Shown in pieces: positions 15,741 to 26,086 of a DNA stretch of 35,843 nucleotides. This DNA comes from an uncultured Cellvibrionaceae bacterium (lineage in GTDB: Bacteria > Pseudomonadota > Gammaproteobacteria > Pseudomonadales > Cellvibrionaceae), in assembly GCA_964653305.1 (NCBI GenBank), contig CAZZEV010000002.1:1-35843 (forward strand). The letters run 5' to 3'. The translations under genes were made by a program, and so were the position numbers. Each line of letters begins with the position of its first letter. Position 1 is the first letter of the stretch. The notes beneath the pieces were generated by a model that was given only the letters and a program-made list of their open reading frames with translations, was not told the DNA's origin and did no database searches.

Positions 15741-17232
15741 AATTAGTATAGAGCAATACGCTAAAGCAGGCTTTGATATTACACAAGATGAGGAATTCCT
15801 ATATATTAAAAGCTGCATAAATATAAGAGATGAATGTTTTTATAAGATAACAGACGACGAAATAGTAATATTTGGATCAGATGAGTATGCCAAACTAATG
15901 GATTCGAATGAAACAATATTAGACTATAAAAATATAAATTATTTTATTAAGAATTATGTGTTTCCAACTGGGGAAACTGGTATAGATGGTGTCAAGAGAA
16001 TTGAGCCTAATTCAAAATATTCATTTCACAGAAAAACACTCACTATAGATTCGACGAGAATAGATATTGGAAGTGATCTGGGCCAACGAAAATACGTAAG
16101 TATAGAAATATTTGATAAAACATTTCAGACTGTTTTACATGATAAAATCAAAAAACAAGACGGGAAAAATGTTGGTGTTTTATTTAGCGGAGGTGTAGAT
16201 AGTATTTACATTGTAATTTCATTGTTAAGAATGAATATTAGACCTATTCTTTTGACTTTTAAACCATCGCCAGCATTTGATTCATCCGAGATTGACATCG
16301 TTAGATCTGAATATTGTGGAAAACTATTCGAATTGGAGCATTACTTTGTTGAAACACATATAGATAAAAATAAATTAATTTCTTACTGGAAAAATCTAAA
16401 AAGAGAAATGCCTATGGCAGTTCATACTGGAATATTTTTTGATGAATTGATACAGTTTTCAAAAATTAAAGGAATAAAAATATTAATTTCCGGTCAAAAT
16501 GCTGATACATTTTACAATTTTGGGCCTACAAGTAAGTTTAAATTTGATGTTTCGAGTATGGCAGATACATTTAGACGGTTTTTCCTAACAGATTTCATAA
16601 TCAGTGCGCTAAATCAGAATCAGAAGGGATTCATAAATAAATTGAAAAAAAATCTAGCCATTGGAACATTAAATATTGGGGCTTATGTTTATCAATTATT
16701 AAAGAAAGATGGAGCTAATTATAGAAGGCCCAGAAATGCAGAAGAAGCGTATGAGGCCTATGTCAACAGGCCAGATTATACAATATTCCCAGAAATTAAT
16801 AAGATTCAAACGGCCACTTGTGCAAAGCAAAATTTCGAATTTTATTCTGAAATCATAACGCACAAGATATATAATTTTATAACGAGTGGTGCGCCAATGG
16901 TAATTCATAATACTGCTCTTAGAAATGAAATTGAATCGATAACTCCATTTTCAGAGCGTGAGATGTTAAATTTATTTTCCCATCTGAATCGAAATATTGG
17001 AGATGTTATTTATCCAAAAAAATACATATATCGATCCATAATAAAATATAGACCTGACCTTTTAGTCAATTTAGAGAAGTTGGAAAAAGGGATAGCAGGG
17101 CCAAATTACCACAAGTGGCTAAATGATAATCTTGACTATTTCAGTACTTCAAATGATTCAATACAAGGTGGCAACTATAATTCGGCCACAAATTTCATGC
17201 GCAAGTTGGCAAATTTTTGGATTGAAAAATAA
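15721..17232 (+). CDS. asparagine-synthetase-like ATP pyrophosphatase (amide/amidine ligase) lacking the N-terminal glutaminase Cys
   Basis: PP-loop VLFSGGVDS, ISGQNADTFY (SGEGAD-like), TPF and PKK motifs. No MCG N-terminus. Confidence 0.68.
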   Translation: MKKINLKISIEQYAKAGFDITQDEEFLYIKSCINIRDECFYKITDDEIVIFGSDEYAKLMDSNETILDYKNINYFIKNYVFPTGETGIDGVKRIEPNSKYSFHRKTLTIDSTRIDIGSDLGQRKYVSIEIFDKTFQTVLHDKIKKQDGKNVGVLFSGGVDSIYIVISLLRMNIRPILLTFKPSPAFDSSEIDIVRSEYCGKLFELEHYFVETHIDKNKLISYWKNLKREMPMAVHTGIFFDELIQFSKIKGIKILISGQNADTFYNFGPTSKFKFDVSSMADTFRRFFLTDFIISALNQNQKGFINKLKKNLAIGTLNIGAYVYQLLKKDGANYRRPRNAEEAYEAYVNRPDYTIFPEINKIQTATCAKQNFEFYSEIITHKIYNFITSGAPMVIHNTALRNEIESITPFSEREMLNLFSHLNRNIGDVIYPKKYIYRSIIKYRPDLLVNLEKLEKGIAGPNYHKWLNDNLDYFSTSNDSIQGGNYNSATNFMRKLANFWIEK

Positions 17233-17403
17233 CTTGCATTTAAAATTATTATTTTTGGCTATTGATGCCTAAGAGTAAGTAAATTATTATAGCCATTTCT
17301 TTTTTGTACTTTGTTATGAATGCTCGCTTCTTCTAATAAGAATACACGCTAATGTGGTTTTAATTGTCGCCTCAATCATGAAAATAAAAATCAGTAATAT
17401 TAT

Positions 17404-18516
17404 ATGAGAATATTTAAATTAGCTGGTTACTCAATATTGGTTGATACATTGTTTACGCCAATATCTCTAATGCTTGGTCATTTGGGATTTGATGTTGCTT
17501 GGCATTTTTTCAAATTGCCGTTTTTCATATTATATTTAGCAACTTTACTTGCATATAAAGTGGATTATAAATTAGATAGGGCATTGATTATTTTTTTGTT
17601 TTTATTCATATTTTCATTATTTAATGGATTGATTAATAATGGATTAAATAAGTACACAATTTCACATGTATATTTCGCATCACTAGCTTTTTTCGGTTAT
17701 GCATTTGGTTTGCAGTTGTCTCGTAGAATAAATTTTGATGACTTGGATTTATCAAGATATATAAAGTACGGATATATTTTGTTTGCAATATGTATTGCTT
17801 ACTTTATGTTATACATTACAGGAGTCATACAATATTTTGGTATTTCAACGAATATAGGGTATTTTGCATTGATATATTATGCTATCTCACAATACAAATC
17901 ATTTGTAGTGATGCTGTTAGGGGTTCTCGTCACAGGAAAACGAACGGTTTTGCTTGGTGTTGTTGGGGCAGTTTTATCTTATTATAGAACTACAAAAATT
18001 TTCAATCTTCTAATGTTAACCATAAGCATAATAGTTTTATTGCTTGTATTTGCAAATTTAGGTTTGTTAGATAGGCTAATTTTACCTATAGAATCGATTA
18101 TTGAAGATGAGGATAGTGCTAGGGCTTTTTATTCATTAACAAGCGGAAGAAATTTCGAGGTTGAATATGCTTTAAATTTATTTAATAATATTTTTAATTA
18201 TTTTCTGGGTTTAGGCTACGGAGTGTATTATGAAATGCCCTTGGGCTTGGATGATAATACTGATGTGTATTATCAACATTACACACACTTTTCTCCGGTT
18301 TCATTTGCAATGCTCTACGGATGGGTTGTTACAAGCGTTTTTTATATTTGGATGTATAAAATAAGTGTAAATATAGGAAATAATAAATTTAAGTATTTAT
18401 TTGCATATGCAATATTGGCCTCCTTTGCTGGAGCAACTCTTCTAGTGGATAGTAAGGTGTGGATTATAATTGGTTACTTTTCTGGGGTTGCATTTACTAA
18501 AAAAAATAGTAAATGA
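17404..18516 (+). CDS. wzy: probable O-antigen polymerase
   Basis: About 10 hydrophobic segments, TGKRT, periplasmic loop LTSGR...GLGYG...HFSP; very AT-rich; central position in the cluster. Confidence 0.68.
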   Translation: MRIFKLAGYSILVDTLFTPISLMLGHLGFDVAWHFFKLPFFILYLATLLAYKVDYKLDRALIIFLFLFIFSLFNGLINNGLNKYTISHVYFASLAFFGYAFGLQLSRRINFDDLDLSRYIKYGYILFAICIAYFMLYITGVIQYFGISTNIGYFALIYYAISQYKSFVVMLLGVLVTGKRTVLLGVVGAVLSYYRTTKIFNLLMLTISIIVLLLVFANLGLLDRLILPIESIIEDEDSARAFYSLTSGRNFEVEYALNLFNNIFNYFLGLGYGVYYEMPLGLDDNTDVYYQHYTHFSPVSFAMLYGWVVTSVFYIWMYKISVNIGNNKFKYLFAYAILASFAGATLLVDSKVWIIIGYFSGVAFTKKNSK

Positions 18517-18537
18517 ATATAATTTGTTGGATTCTTA

Positions 18538-19662
18538 ATGAAACTTTGGTCAACTATAGTTAGTAAAATTTCATCAATTCGCAATTTGAAGTTAATCACA
18601 TTTGATAGGTTTTTTTTCGTATTATTTTCTATTTTTCTATCATTGAGGGTTTTTTTTATTAATTGGATTGCCGGTGCTGAGTTTTTGGGTTCATATTTCT
18701 TTCTAGTTTCATTATCTGTGCCGTTGTCTTTTATTATGGGTGGAGCAATCGAAGTTAACCTTATTTCTAAATTTGTACGATCAGAGCCTACGGCAATATT
18801 GGAAGATTACATTTGTGCGCAAAATAGCGTAATTTATTTTACTACACCTGTTTTATTATTTGGGGCTTTGTGGGCGAATTCTATGGTGCTTTATTTATTA
18901 GCTATAGCACTTGCAAATTTGTCACTTGTTTCATGCATTTCGATTTCAAGGACGTTTAGTGAGTTAAAGCTAACGAATGCTACTGGAATTCGCTTTATTT
19001 TTGTTTTTATATTTTCGTTATTAGGTGCTAAGTATGACAATATAGCTATTGTTATTTTGGGTGATTATTTTGCTTCTTTGATGATATTCAAATGGTTGCT
19101 TGCTAAGAAATTAAATATCACTTTCCCTAAAAACTTTAACCCATATAGCAAATTTTCATTTCCATATGCTGCAAATTCATTATTTCAAGGGGTTGATAAA
19201 ATAGTTCTTGGGCTCTTTTCAAGCGCAGCTGTTGGGCAGCTGGTATTAATACAATCCTTTGTATCATATGGAAGTTATTTAAATGGACTGATTAATAATT
19301 TTTTATATACATTTCGACCTAAAAATTTAAATTTTATCTCATCAATGTTCGTATTAATTAGTATTGTTTGTGCGCTATTTGTTCTTATTTTTATGCGCAG
19401 TTTGTCATTCGATCTATTTATTCCAATTCAAATTTTTCTTATATTTATATTGTCGGCGTTGAACTTTGCCGAATATGAATCCAATGCTATTGGAGTGCCT
19501 TTTACTGTAGTGTGGCAGACAATGATTCAAATTATTTCATTTTTAATGATTATTTTCATTGTGGGTTTTGATTCATATCAAAAGTTGATTGTTGCAACTC
19601 TATTTTCAGTTACTATGAAGTATTTTCATTTTCTTGTTATAAAAAGGACCAAAGATGTTTAA
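18538..19662 (+). CDS. wzx: probable O-unit flippase (short and divergent)
   Basis: Polytopic, with GAEFLGSY near the N-terminus and QGVDKIVLG..SSAAVGQL at the start of the second half, typical of PST flippases. Only 374 aa. Confidence 0.55.
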   Translation: MKLWSTIVSKISSIRNLKLITFDRFFFVLFSIFLSLRVFFINWIAGAEFLGSYFFLVSLSVPLSFIMGGAIEVNLISKFVRSEPTAILEDYICAQNSVIYFTTPVLLFGALWANSMVLYLLAIALANLSLVSCISISRTFSELKLTNATGIRFIFVFIFSLLGAKYDNIAIVILGDYFASLMIFKWLLAKKLNITFPKNFNPYSKFSFPYAANSLFQGVDKIVLGLFSSAAVGQLVLIQSFVSYGSYLNGLINNFLYTFRPKNLNFISSMFVLISIVCALFVLIFMRSLSFDLFIPIQIFLIFILSALNFAEYESNAIGVPFTVVWQTMIQIISFLMIIFIVGFDSYQKLIVATLFSVTMKYFHFLVIKRTKDV

Positions 19663-20683
19663 CGACAAAATATTATTAATTACCGGAGGCACCGGTTCGT
19701 TTGGTAACGCTGTATTGCGTCGTTTTATTAATTCTGACTTTAAAGAGATTCGTATTTTTAGTCGTGATGAAAAGAAACAAGACGATATGCGAAAGAAATA
19801 CAGAAATTCAAAACTCAAATTTTATGTGGGAGATGTGCGAGATTATCAGTCAGTAATAAGTGCTACAAGAGGCGCTCATTTCATTTTTCATGCCGCAGCC
19901 TTGAAGCAGGTTCCATCATGCGAGTTTCACCCTCTGGAAGCAGTCAAAACTAATGTGCTAGGTACCGAAAATGTGTTGGAAGCTGCCATCAACTCTGGCG
20001 TTGAACGAGTTATATGTCTTAGCACAGATAAAGCCGTGTATCCAATTAACGCTATGGGTATAAGTAAGGCAATGATGGAAAAGGTCGTCGTTGCAAAATC
20101 ACGAATATCCAAGCAAACGATTATATGTGCAACAAGATATGGTAATGTTATGGCTTCAAGGGGGTCTGTGATTCCCTTGTTTATTCAACAGATACGTAGA
20201 GGGCAGCCTATTACAATTACAGATCCAGATATGACTCGATTCATGATGACACTGGAAGATGCAGTTGACTTGGTTTTGTTTGCCTTTACGCATGGACTTC
20301 CAGGTGATATCTATGTACAAAAGGCTCCTGCGGCAACGGTCGAAACTTTAGCTGAGGCTTTAAAGGATATTGTCGGAGTTCCTGACCATCCTGTTAACAC
20401 TATCGGTACGCGCCATGGTGAAAAGCTTTTCGAAGTACTTTTAAGTCGCGAAGAAATGGTTATCGCTGAAGATTTAGGTGGCTATTATCGTGTGCAGCCA
20501 GATTTGCGCGACCTTAACTATAAGATGTATGTAGAACAGGGCGATTCCAAAATTTCTGAATCAGTTGATTATAACTCACATAATACTGCTAGATTAGATT
20601 TTGCCGGTATGCAGGAATTGTTGAAAAAATTAGATTTTGTACAAGGTCTTTTATCCGGTAATTATGTAGAGCCAGAGGAGTAA
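19655..20683 (+). CDS. fnlA: UDP-GlcNAc 4,6-dehydratase/5-epimerase (FnlA/WbjB/CapE)
   Basis: ITGGTGSFGNAV, FSRDEKKQDDMR, HAAALKQVPSCEF, STDKAVYPINAMGISKA, RYGNVMASRGSVIP, DLRDLNY. Confidence 0.95.
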   Translation: MFNDKILLITGGTGSFGNAVLRRFINSDFKEIRIFSRDEKKQDDMRKKYRNSKLKFYVGDVRDYQSVISATRGAHFIFHAAALKQVPSCEFHPLEAVKTNVLGTENVLEAAINSGVERVICLSTDKAVYPINAMGISKAMMEKVVVAKSRISKQTIICATRYGNVMASRGSVIPLFIQQIRRGQPITITDPDMTRFMMTLEDAVDLVLFAFTHGLPGDIYVQKAPAATVETLAEALKDIVGVPDHPVNTIGTRHGEKLFEVLLSREEMVIAEDLGGYYRVQPDLRDLNYKMYVEQGDSKISESVDYNSHNTARLDFAGMQELLKKLDFVQGLLSGNYVEPEE

Positions 20684-20689
20684 AAATTC

Positions 20690-21823
20690 GTGATGCAAAG
20701 CACTTGCCGTGTACTTGTTACAGGCGCCAATGGTTTTATTGGTAAAAATTTGATGGTACGCCTAAATGAGTTCTCAGTTTTTACTGTAACAACTTTTACA
20801 CGTGGAGATGACGTTAGTTCGTTGCCAGCTTTATTATCTAATGTGGATGCTGTTGTACATTTGGCAGGTGTGAACCGACCACAAGATGAGCGCGATTTTG
20901 CTGTCGTCAATAAGGGGCTGACAGAGATACTATGCGATGCTATCAGATATGAGGCAGTAACAAGTGGGCGAAAAATCCAGCTGATATTGGCGTCATCAAT
21001 GCAGGCTAGTCATGATAATGCATATGGCCGCAGTAAACTCAGCGCAGAGATTGCTGCTAATGCTCTTTCTGTTGATGTTGGTAATTCAGTAGTCGTCTTC
21101 AGGCTACCTGGTGTGTTTGGCAAGTGGTGCAAACCCAACTACAACTCTGTGGTAGCCACTTTTTGCTATAATATAGCAAGGGACTTGCCAATTAAAGTAA
21201 ATGATCCGATGGCTGCATTGAGGCTAGTATATGTGGATGACGTGGTGAGCGCCTTGATTGCTGCATTGCAGTCGTCACCGCCGGGAGCGGTCCTAACTAT
21301 TGTCCAACCTGAATTCAATATTACATTGGGTGATCTAGCGGCGCAGATTAGAGCTTTTGCTTCATCGCGAGTTAACTTGATGATTGAGCGCGTTGGCGCT
21401 GGTTTGGTGCGTGCACTCTATTCCACCTATGTAAGTTATCTTCCAAAAGAGAATTTCAGTTATAGTGTCCCGCAATTTTCTGATTCGCGTGGGGTTTTTG
21501 TTGAAATGCTAAAAACACTCGACAGTGGACAATTCAGCTACTTTACTGCGCACCCGGGCGTTACTAGAGGCGGCCATTACCATCATTCTAAGACAGAGAA
21601 GTTTTTGGTTATTAAAGGTCAAGCACTCTTCCGCTTTCGCAACCTGTTGACTAATGAGCAGTTACAGATACGAACATCAGGTGAAAATCCTCAAGTTGTA
21701 GACACAATCCCAGGTTATGTACACGACATTACTAATTTAGGTAATGAAGAAATGGTCGTAATGTTGTGGGCTAATGAGATCTTCGATCGCGAGCGAACCG
21801 ATACATTTAATAGTGAAATTTAA
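20690..21823 (+). CDS. fnlB: SDR plus C-terminal cupin, UDP-L-FucNAc pathway reductase/epimerase (FnlB/WbjC/CapF)
   Basis: TGANGFIGKNL, HLAGVNRP, FGKWCKPNYNSVVATFC, cupin RGGHYHHSKTEKF, MLWANE. Confidence 0.93.
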   Translation: MMQSTCRVLVTGANGFIGKNLMVRLNEFSVFTVTTFTRGDDVSSLPALLSNVDAVVHLAGVNRPQDERDFAVVNKGLTEILCDAIRYEAVTSGRKIQLILASSMQASHDNAYGRSKLSAEIAANALSVDVGNSVVVFRLPGVFGKWCKPNYNSVVATFCYNIARDLPIKVNDPMAALRLVYVDDVVSALIAALQSSPPGAVLTIVQPEFNITLGDLAAQIRAFASSRVNLMIERVGAGLVRALYSTYVSYLPKENFSYSVPQFSDSRGVFVEMLKTLDSGQFSYFTAHPGVTRGGHYHHSKTEKFLVIKGQALFRFRNLLTNEQLQIRTSGENPQVVDTIPGYVHDITNLGNEEMVVMLWANEIFDRERTDTFNSEI

Positions 21824-21828
21824 CTAAA

Positions 21829-22971
21829 ATGAAAAAACTTAAATTAATGACAGTTATTGGGACTCGTCCGGAGATTATTCGACTATCGCGCGTACTGCCT
21901 GCGCTTGATATGAGTTGTGACCATGTCCTAGTGCATACTGGTCAGAACTACGACTATGAACTAAACCAAGTTTTTTTTGATGATTTGGGTCTGCGTAAGC
22001 CTGACCATTTTCTTAATAGTGCTGAAGCCAGCACAGGGCCCGCGAACACCATTGGCAATCTCATCACCGCCGTAGATGAGGTATTAGCTCAGATTCAGCC
22101 AGATGCAATGTTGGTTCTTGGCGACACCAATAGTTGCTTGTCGGTCATTCCTGCCAAGAGGCGGAAAGTTCCCATATTTCATATGGAAGCCGGCAACCGT
22201 TGTTTTGATCAGCGAGTACCAGAAGAAACCAACCGTCGCATTGTGGATCACACGGCTGATATAAATCTAACATACAGCTCTATCGCTCGCGAATATCTGT
22301 TAAGAGAAGGCTTCCCTCCCGACCAGGTAATTAAGATAGGTAGTCCAATGTACGAAGTACTACACTATTATTCGTCACAGATTAACGCATCAAAGGTTTT
22401 GAGCCATCTCGGATTGCAGCAAGGTCATTACTTTCTGGTGAGTGCCCACCGAGAAGAAAACATCGAATCAGATGTGTCTTTTGGCAAGCTAGTGGCCGTT
22501 TTAAACTTGCTGGCCGAAGAGCATAGTTTGCCCGTGTTAGTGTCTACCCACCCTCGGACGAGGAGACGGGTGGAAGAAACGCAGACCAAATTTCACCCAT
22601 TAGTATCTCTTGTGAAGCCCTTGGGGTTTTTTGATTATGTGAATCTTCAGATTAATTCTAGGGCAGTTCTATCGGATAGTGGTACGATAAGCGAAGAGTC
22701 TTCAATTTTGAATTTCCCTGCTTTAAATCTTCGAGAAGCGCATGAGCGGCCTGAAAGCATGGAGGAGGCTACTGTTATGTTGGTAGGTTTAGAGATAGAA
22801 CGTGTTAGACAAGGGTTGACAATTCTTGCGGGGCAAAAACGTGGAAATGTACGACATTTGAGTTTGGTGCAAGATTACAGTGCTTATAATGTAAGTGAAA
22901 AGGTGGTACGTATTGTTCATAGCTACACTGATTATGTCAACAGAGTAGTGTGGAGGAAAAGTGCTTCGTAA
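21829..22971 (+). CDS. fnlC: UDP-L-PneNAc 2-epimerase (FnlC/WbjD/CapG)
   Basis: GTRPEIIRLS, HTGQNYDYELN, LGDTNS, HMEAGNRCFD.RVPEE.NR, SDSGTISEE, ERPE. Confidence 0.93.
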   Translation: MKKLKLMTVIGTRPEIIRLSRVLPALDMSCDHVLVHTGQNYDYELNQVFFDDLGLRKPDHFLNSAEASTGPANTIGNLITAVDEVLAQIQPDAMLVLGDTNSCLSVIPAKRRKVPIFHMEAGNRCFDQRVPEETNRRIVDHTADINLTYSSIAREYLLREGFPPDQVIKIGSPMYEVLHYYSSQINASKVLSHLGLQQGHYFLVSAHREENIESDVSFGKLVAVLNLLAEEHSLPVLVSTHPRTRRRVEETQTKFHPLVSLVKPLGFFDYVNLQINSRAVLSDSGTISEESSILNFPALNLREAHERPESMEEATVMLVGLEIERVRQGLTILAGQKRGNVRHLSLVQDYSAYNVSEKVVRIVHSYTDYVNRVVWRKSAS

Positions 22972-22999
22972 TATGAACAGAAATATAGGATCAATTTAA

Positions 23000-24244
23000 T
23001 TGAATAAAAAATCTTCAATCTTGATGCTTACTCAATGGTTTAATCCTGAGCCCAATGAAAAAGGGCTGAGTTTTGCAAAAGGACTTTTAAACAAAGGGTA
23101 CGAAGTTGAGGTTTTGACTGGATTTCCTAATTATCCTGGTGGGCGTATATATTCAGGATATAAATTAAAATTATATCAGAGAGAAAATATTGACGGGGTT
23201 AAAGTTTCAAGAGTATTTCTTTACCCGAGTCATGATCAATCTGTAATTAAAAGAATTATAAATTATTTTAGTTTCATTGTGAGTTCTTTGTTGTACTATA
23301 TTCTGAATCCTGCGTGTGCGCCTAGCTTAATATATGCATACCATCCGCCAATTACAGTTGGACTTTGCGCTTTAATTATGGGTAAATTAAGAAAAATACC
23401 TGTTGTATATGATGTGCAGGATATGTGGCCTGACACACTGAAGGCGAGTGGAGTCATAAATAATAAATACATATTGGGTTTTATTAATATAATTTGTATG
23501 TGGGTGTACAACAGAGTTGACAAGTTGGTGGTTTTATCGCCTGGCTTCAAAAAATTATTAATTACGCGCGGCGTTCCTGCTAATAAAATTTCGGTGATAT
23601 ATAATTGGGCAGACGAAGAAGTCTTAAAAGTAAAAGAATGGAAATCTTCAATTGAAATTCAAACAAAAGATGGAATGGAGTTTCTCTATGCTGGAAACAT
23701 GGGGGCGGCACAAAAATTAGAGACGTTAATTTTGGCTGCTGAAAAGTTACAGCAATGGGGGTCAAGATCTAGAATCTTAATGTTAGGATCTGGAATAGAA
23801 TTGAATAACTTAAAGAAAATTGTTTTAGAAAAAAATCTTAATAATGTATCTTTCTTGCCGCAAGTTCAAATGTGCGAAGTTGGAAAATATATAATATCTA
23901 GTGATGTTGCAATTATTCATCTGAAGAATGACGGTCTTTTTGAAATTACGATCCCCTCGAAAACACAAGCGTTCCTTGCGTTTGGAAAGCCAATTTTAAT
24001 GGGTGTTAAGGGTGATGCAGCTAATCTTGTTAAAGTGCCTAATGCGGGGATATGTACAGAGCCCGAAGACTACATGGCTATGGCTAAGGCTATTTTGAAA
24101 TTTGAAAAAATGCCAATGAATCAAATTCGTGAAATGGGGCTTCGTGGCTTAGAATATTATAGCAAGAATCTATCATTCGATGTGGGTGTTTCTGAGTTTT
24201 CAAGTGTGTTCGATACAGTAATACGCGAGTACAAAGAGACTTAA
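23000..24244 (+). CDS. GT4 glycosyltransferase, WbuB/WbjE-like (putative L-FucNAc transferase)
   Basis: TQWFNPEP, LTGFPNYPGG, DVQDMWP, YAGNMGAAQ, TIPSKTQAFLA.GKP. Directly after fnlABC. Confidence 0.85.
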   Translation: MNKKSSILMLTQWFNPEPNEKGLSFAKGLLNKGYEVEVLTGFPNYPGGRIYSGYKLKLYQRENIDGVKVSRVFLYPSHDQSVIKRIINYFSFIVSSLLYYILNPACAPSLIYAYHPPITVGLCALIMGKLRKIPVVYDVQDMWPDTLKASGVINNKYILGFINIICMWVYNRVDKLVVLSPGFKKLLITRGVPANKISVIYNWADEEVLKVKEWKSSIEIQTKDGMEFLYAGNMGAAQKLETLILAAEKLQQWGSRSRILMLGSGIELNNLKKIVLEKNLNNVSFLPQVQMCEVGKYIISSDVAIIHLKNDGLFEITIPSKTQAFLAFGKPILMGVKGDAANLVKVPNAGICTEPEDYMAMAKAILKFEKMPMNQIREMGLRGLEYYSKNLSFDVGVSEFSSVFDTVIREYKET

Positions 24245-24247
24245 AGT

Positions 24248-24925
24248 ATGATTAGTAGATTGAAATCGTTATACGAAAAAGTAAAAAAATATGGACTGAT
24301 TTTTTCGATAGAATATGCAGTTGATTCTTTCATCTTTGACTTCTTGTATGGCACCAATACGTCAGGAAAAGTAGATATAGTTGATTTCCCCCAAAATTTG
24401 CCGAACTTAAGGAATGGTGTTGGATACCAAGCAGCATTGCTGTCTGAAATACGATGGGCGCATACGTATTTATTTTGTAATTTGAAAAACTTTGACGAGT
24501 TCCATTTTGTTGATATTGGTTGTGGAAAGGGCAGAGCCCTAATTCGTTGGAGCCAGTTGAATATAAAAGAAAGATGCATACAGCATGTTTCTGGAATTGA
24601 GTATAATAAGGACCTGTATGACGTTGCAAGAGTTAATCATGCGATTGTATTTAAGGGGTCTGCAGGTAATATATATTTTTCAGATGCAACTAAAATAAAT
24701 TATGAGATGTTTGGTGAAAGATTAATGTTATTCATATTTAATTCTTTTGACGATAAAATTTTTCAAATAATTCTTGATAATATCACCCAAAGTGAGGTCT
24801 ATCTGGTATATGTGAATCCTGTGTGGGGTGATCTTGTTTCTTCTTGTGGATATGAGTTGGTGGCCAAGTCAGATAGATCTATATCTACAGCGCGCACTAA
24901 TATATATAAAAAAATATCAATTTAA
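24248..24925 (+). CDS. class I SAM-dependent methyltransferase
   Basis: FVDIGCGKGR (motif I), GIEY (motif II), SDAT, FIFNSF. Confidence 0.8.
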   Translation: MISRLKSLYEKVKKYGLIFSIEYAVDSFIFDFLYGTNTSGKVDIVDFPQNLPNLRNGVGYQAALLSEIRWAHTYLFCNLKNFDEFHFVDIGCGKGRALIRWSQLNIKERCIQHVSGIEYNKDLYDVARVNHAIVFKGSAGNIYFSDATKINYEMFGERLMLFIFNSFDDKIFQIILDNITQSEVYLVYVNPVWGDLVSSCGYELVAKSDRSISTARTNIYKKISI

Positions 24926-24979
24926 TTTGTAAAAATTAAGGTACTCCTTGCGATTGCTTTTAAAATAAGGTGGGGCAAT

Positions 24980-25897
24980 ATGCCGCAGTCAATAATGGTG
25001 ATAAATAATAGTGAGAATAAGCTTGCTGAATTTCTATCTTTGTCTGGATCGCGCGTTATAAATGTAGATAATATTTCGTGGCAAGTTTTAAACGGATTTG
25101 TAATGCCGTGCTATTTGCCGCACTGTATCCCAGATATATCATATTTCAATGCAAAAAATGCATGCAAGTTGAGTGGCAGTTTATTCGTTCGATGGACTGG
25201 TGATTTTGGTAAGACTAGATTATCCAGCTGGTGGTTTATCATATACGAGGGATATTACAGTTTAGAAAATTGTAAAAGTAAAACACGTTGGCAAGTTAAC
25301 AAGGGAAATAAGCGATTGCTCGCAAGAAAGCTAGAAGCTGAAGAGGTTCTAGCTCAGGGCTACGATGTATGCAAAAGAGCATGTGAAAGGTATGGAGATA
25401 GATCCTTCCTCGTTTCGCGGGAGCATTTCAGATTAAGGATCAATGCATCGACACAGTTTCCCGGCATTGTTGAATACTTTGGAGTTTTTAATGGTTTGCA
25501 GCTGGTCGCTCTTGCTGAGAATTTGGTTCAAGATAATGCTGTTTTTTGGGAGTCGATATGGTTCGATCCAGCAGAGCTTAAAAATCATTCAAGTTATGTT
25601 TTGACGGACTTTATGTTGAATCATTATATAAATGAGCGTAAATTTACATATGTTTCTGATGGGAGCAGGAGCATCTATCACAATACTAATTTTCAGTTAT
25701 TTCTTATTGAAAAATTCGGTTTCAAGAAGCAATATACTAAACTATACTTTTATTATAGCCCATTATTTTTTGTGCTCGTATCGTTGTTGTTCCCACTTAG
25801 AAAAGTATTTCACGCCATAGCTAGAGTCACTAGTGTAATTTTTTTAAGAAAACTTTCAAGTATTTTGCTGCAGGAGGAGATTAGGAGGGCGAATTAA
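24980..25897 (+). CDS. hypothetical protein, possibly GNAT/FemABX-like acyltransferase
   Basis: KSKTRWQVNKG helix, YFGVF..LQLVA strand, SSYVL, DGSRS..H and FLIEKFGF resemble GNAT-like/Fem folds. Assignment is by eye only. Confidence 0.45.
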   Translation: MPQSIMVINNSENKLAEFLSLSGSRVINVDNISWQVLNGFVMPCYLPHCIPDISYFNAKNACKLSGSLFVRWTGDFGKTRLSSWWFIIYEGYYSLENCKSKTRWQVNKGNKRLLARKLEAEEVLAQGYDVCKRACERYGDRSFLVSREHFRLRINASTQFPGIVEYFGVFNGLQLVALAENLVQDNAVFWESIWFDPAELKNHSSYVLTDFMLNHYINERKFTYVSDGSRSIYHNTNFQLFLIEKFGFKKQYTKLYFYYSPLFFVLVSLLFPLRKVFHAIARVTSVIFLRKLSSILLQEEIRRAN

Positions 25898-26086
25898 TGT
25901 CATATATGTTTAAGATGTTATTTAAATGTTTTCTTTGATTCGTCGTTGAAGTGAAAGTCGTATGGACTAGCGATGTAGTGCGAAATAACAATTGTTGAGC
26001 CTTTTATGGCCTTTGGAGGGTAATTTTTAATCGTAATATACTTTATTTTTCGTGGTTTAGAAATGAAATTCCAAGGATGGTAATAT

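Noticed and set aside
17243-17305. TGGCTAT...ATAGCCA inverted repeat followed by a T-run before wzy
   Set aside because: A 7-bp stem with a 26-nt loop in very AT-rich DNA is not a convincing intrinsic terminator.
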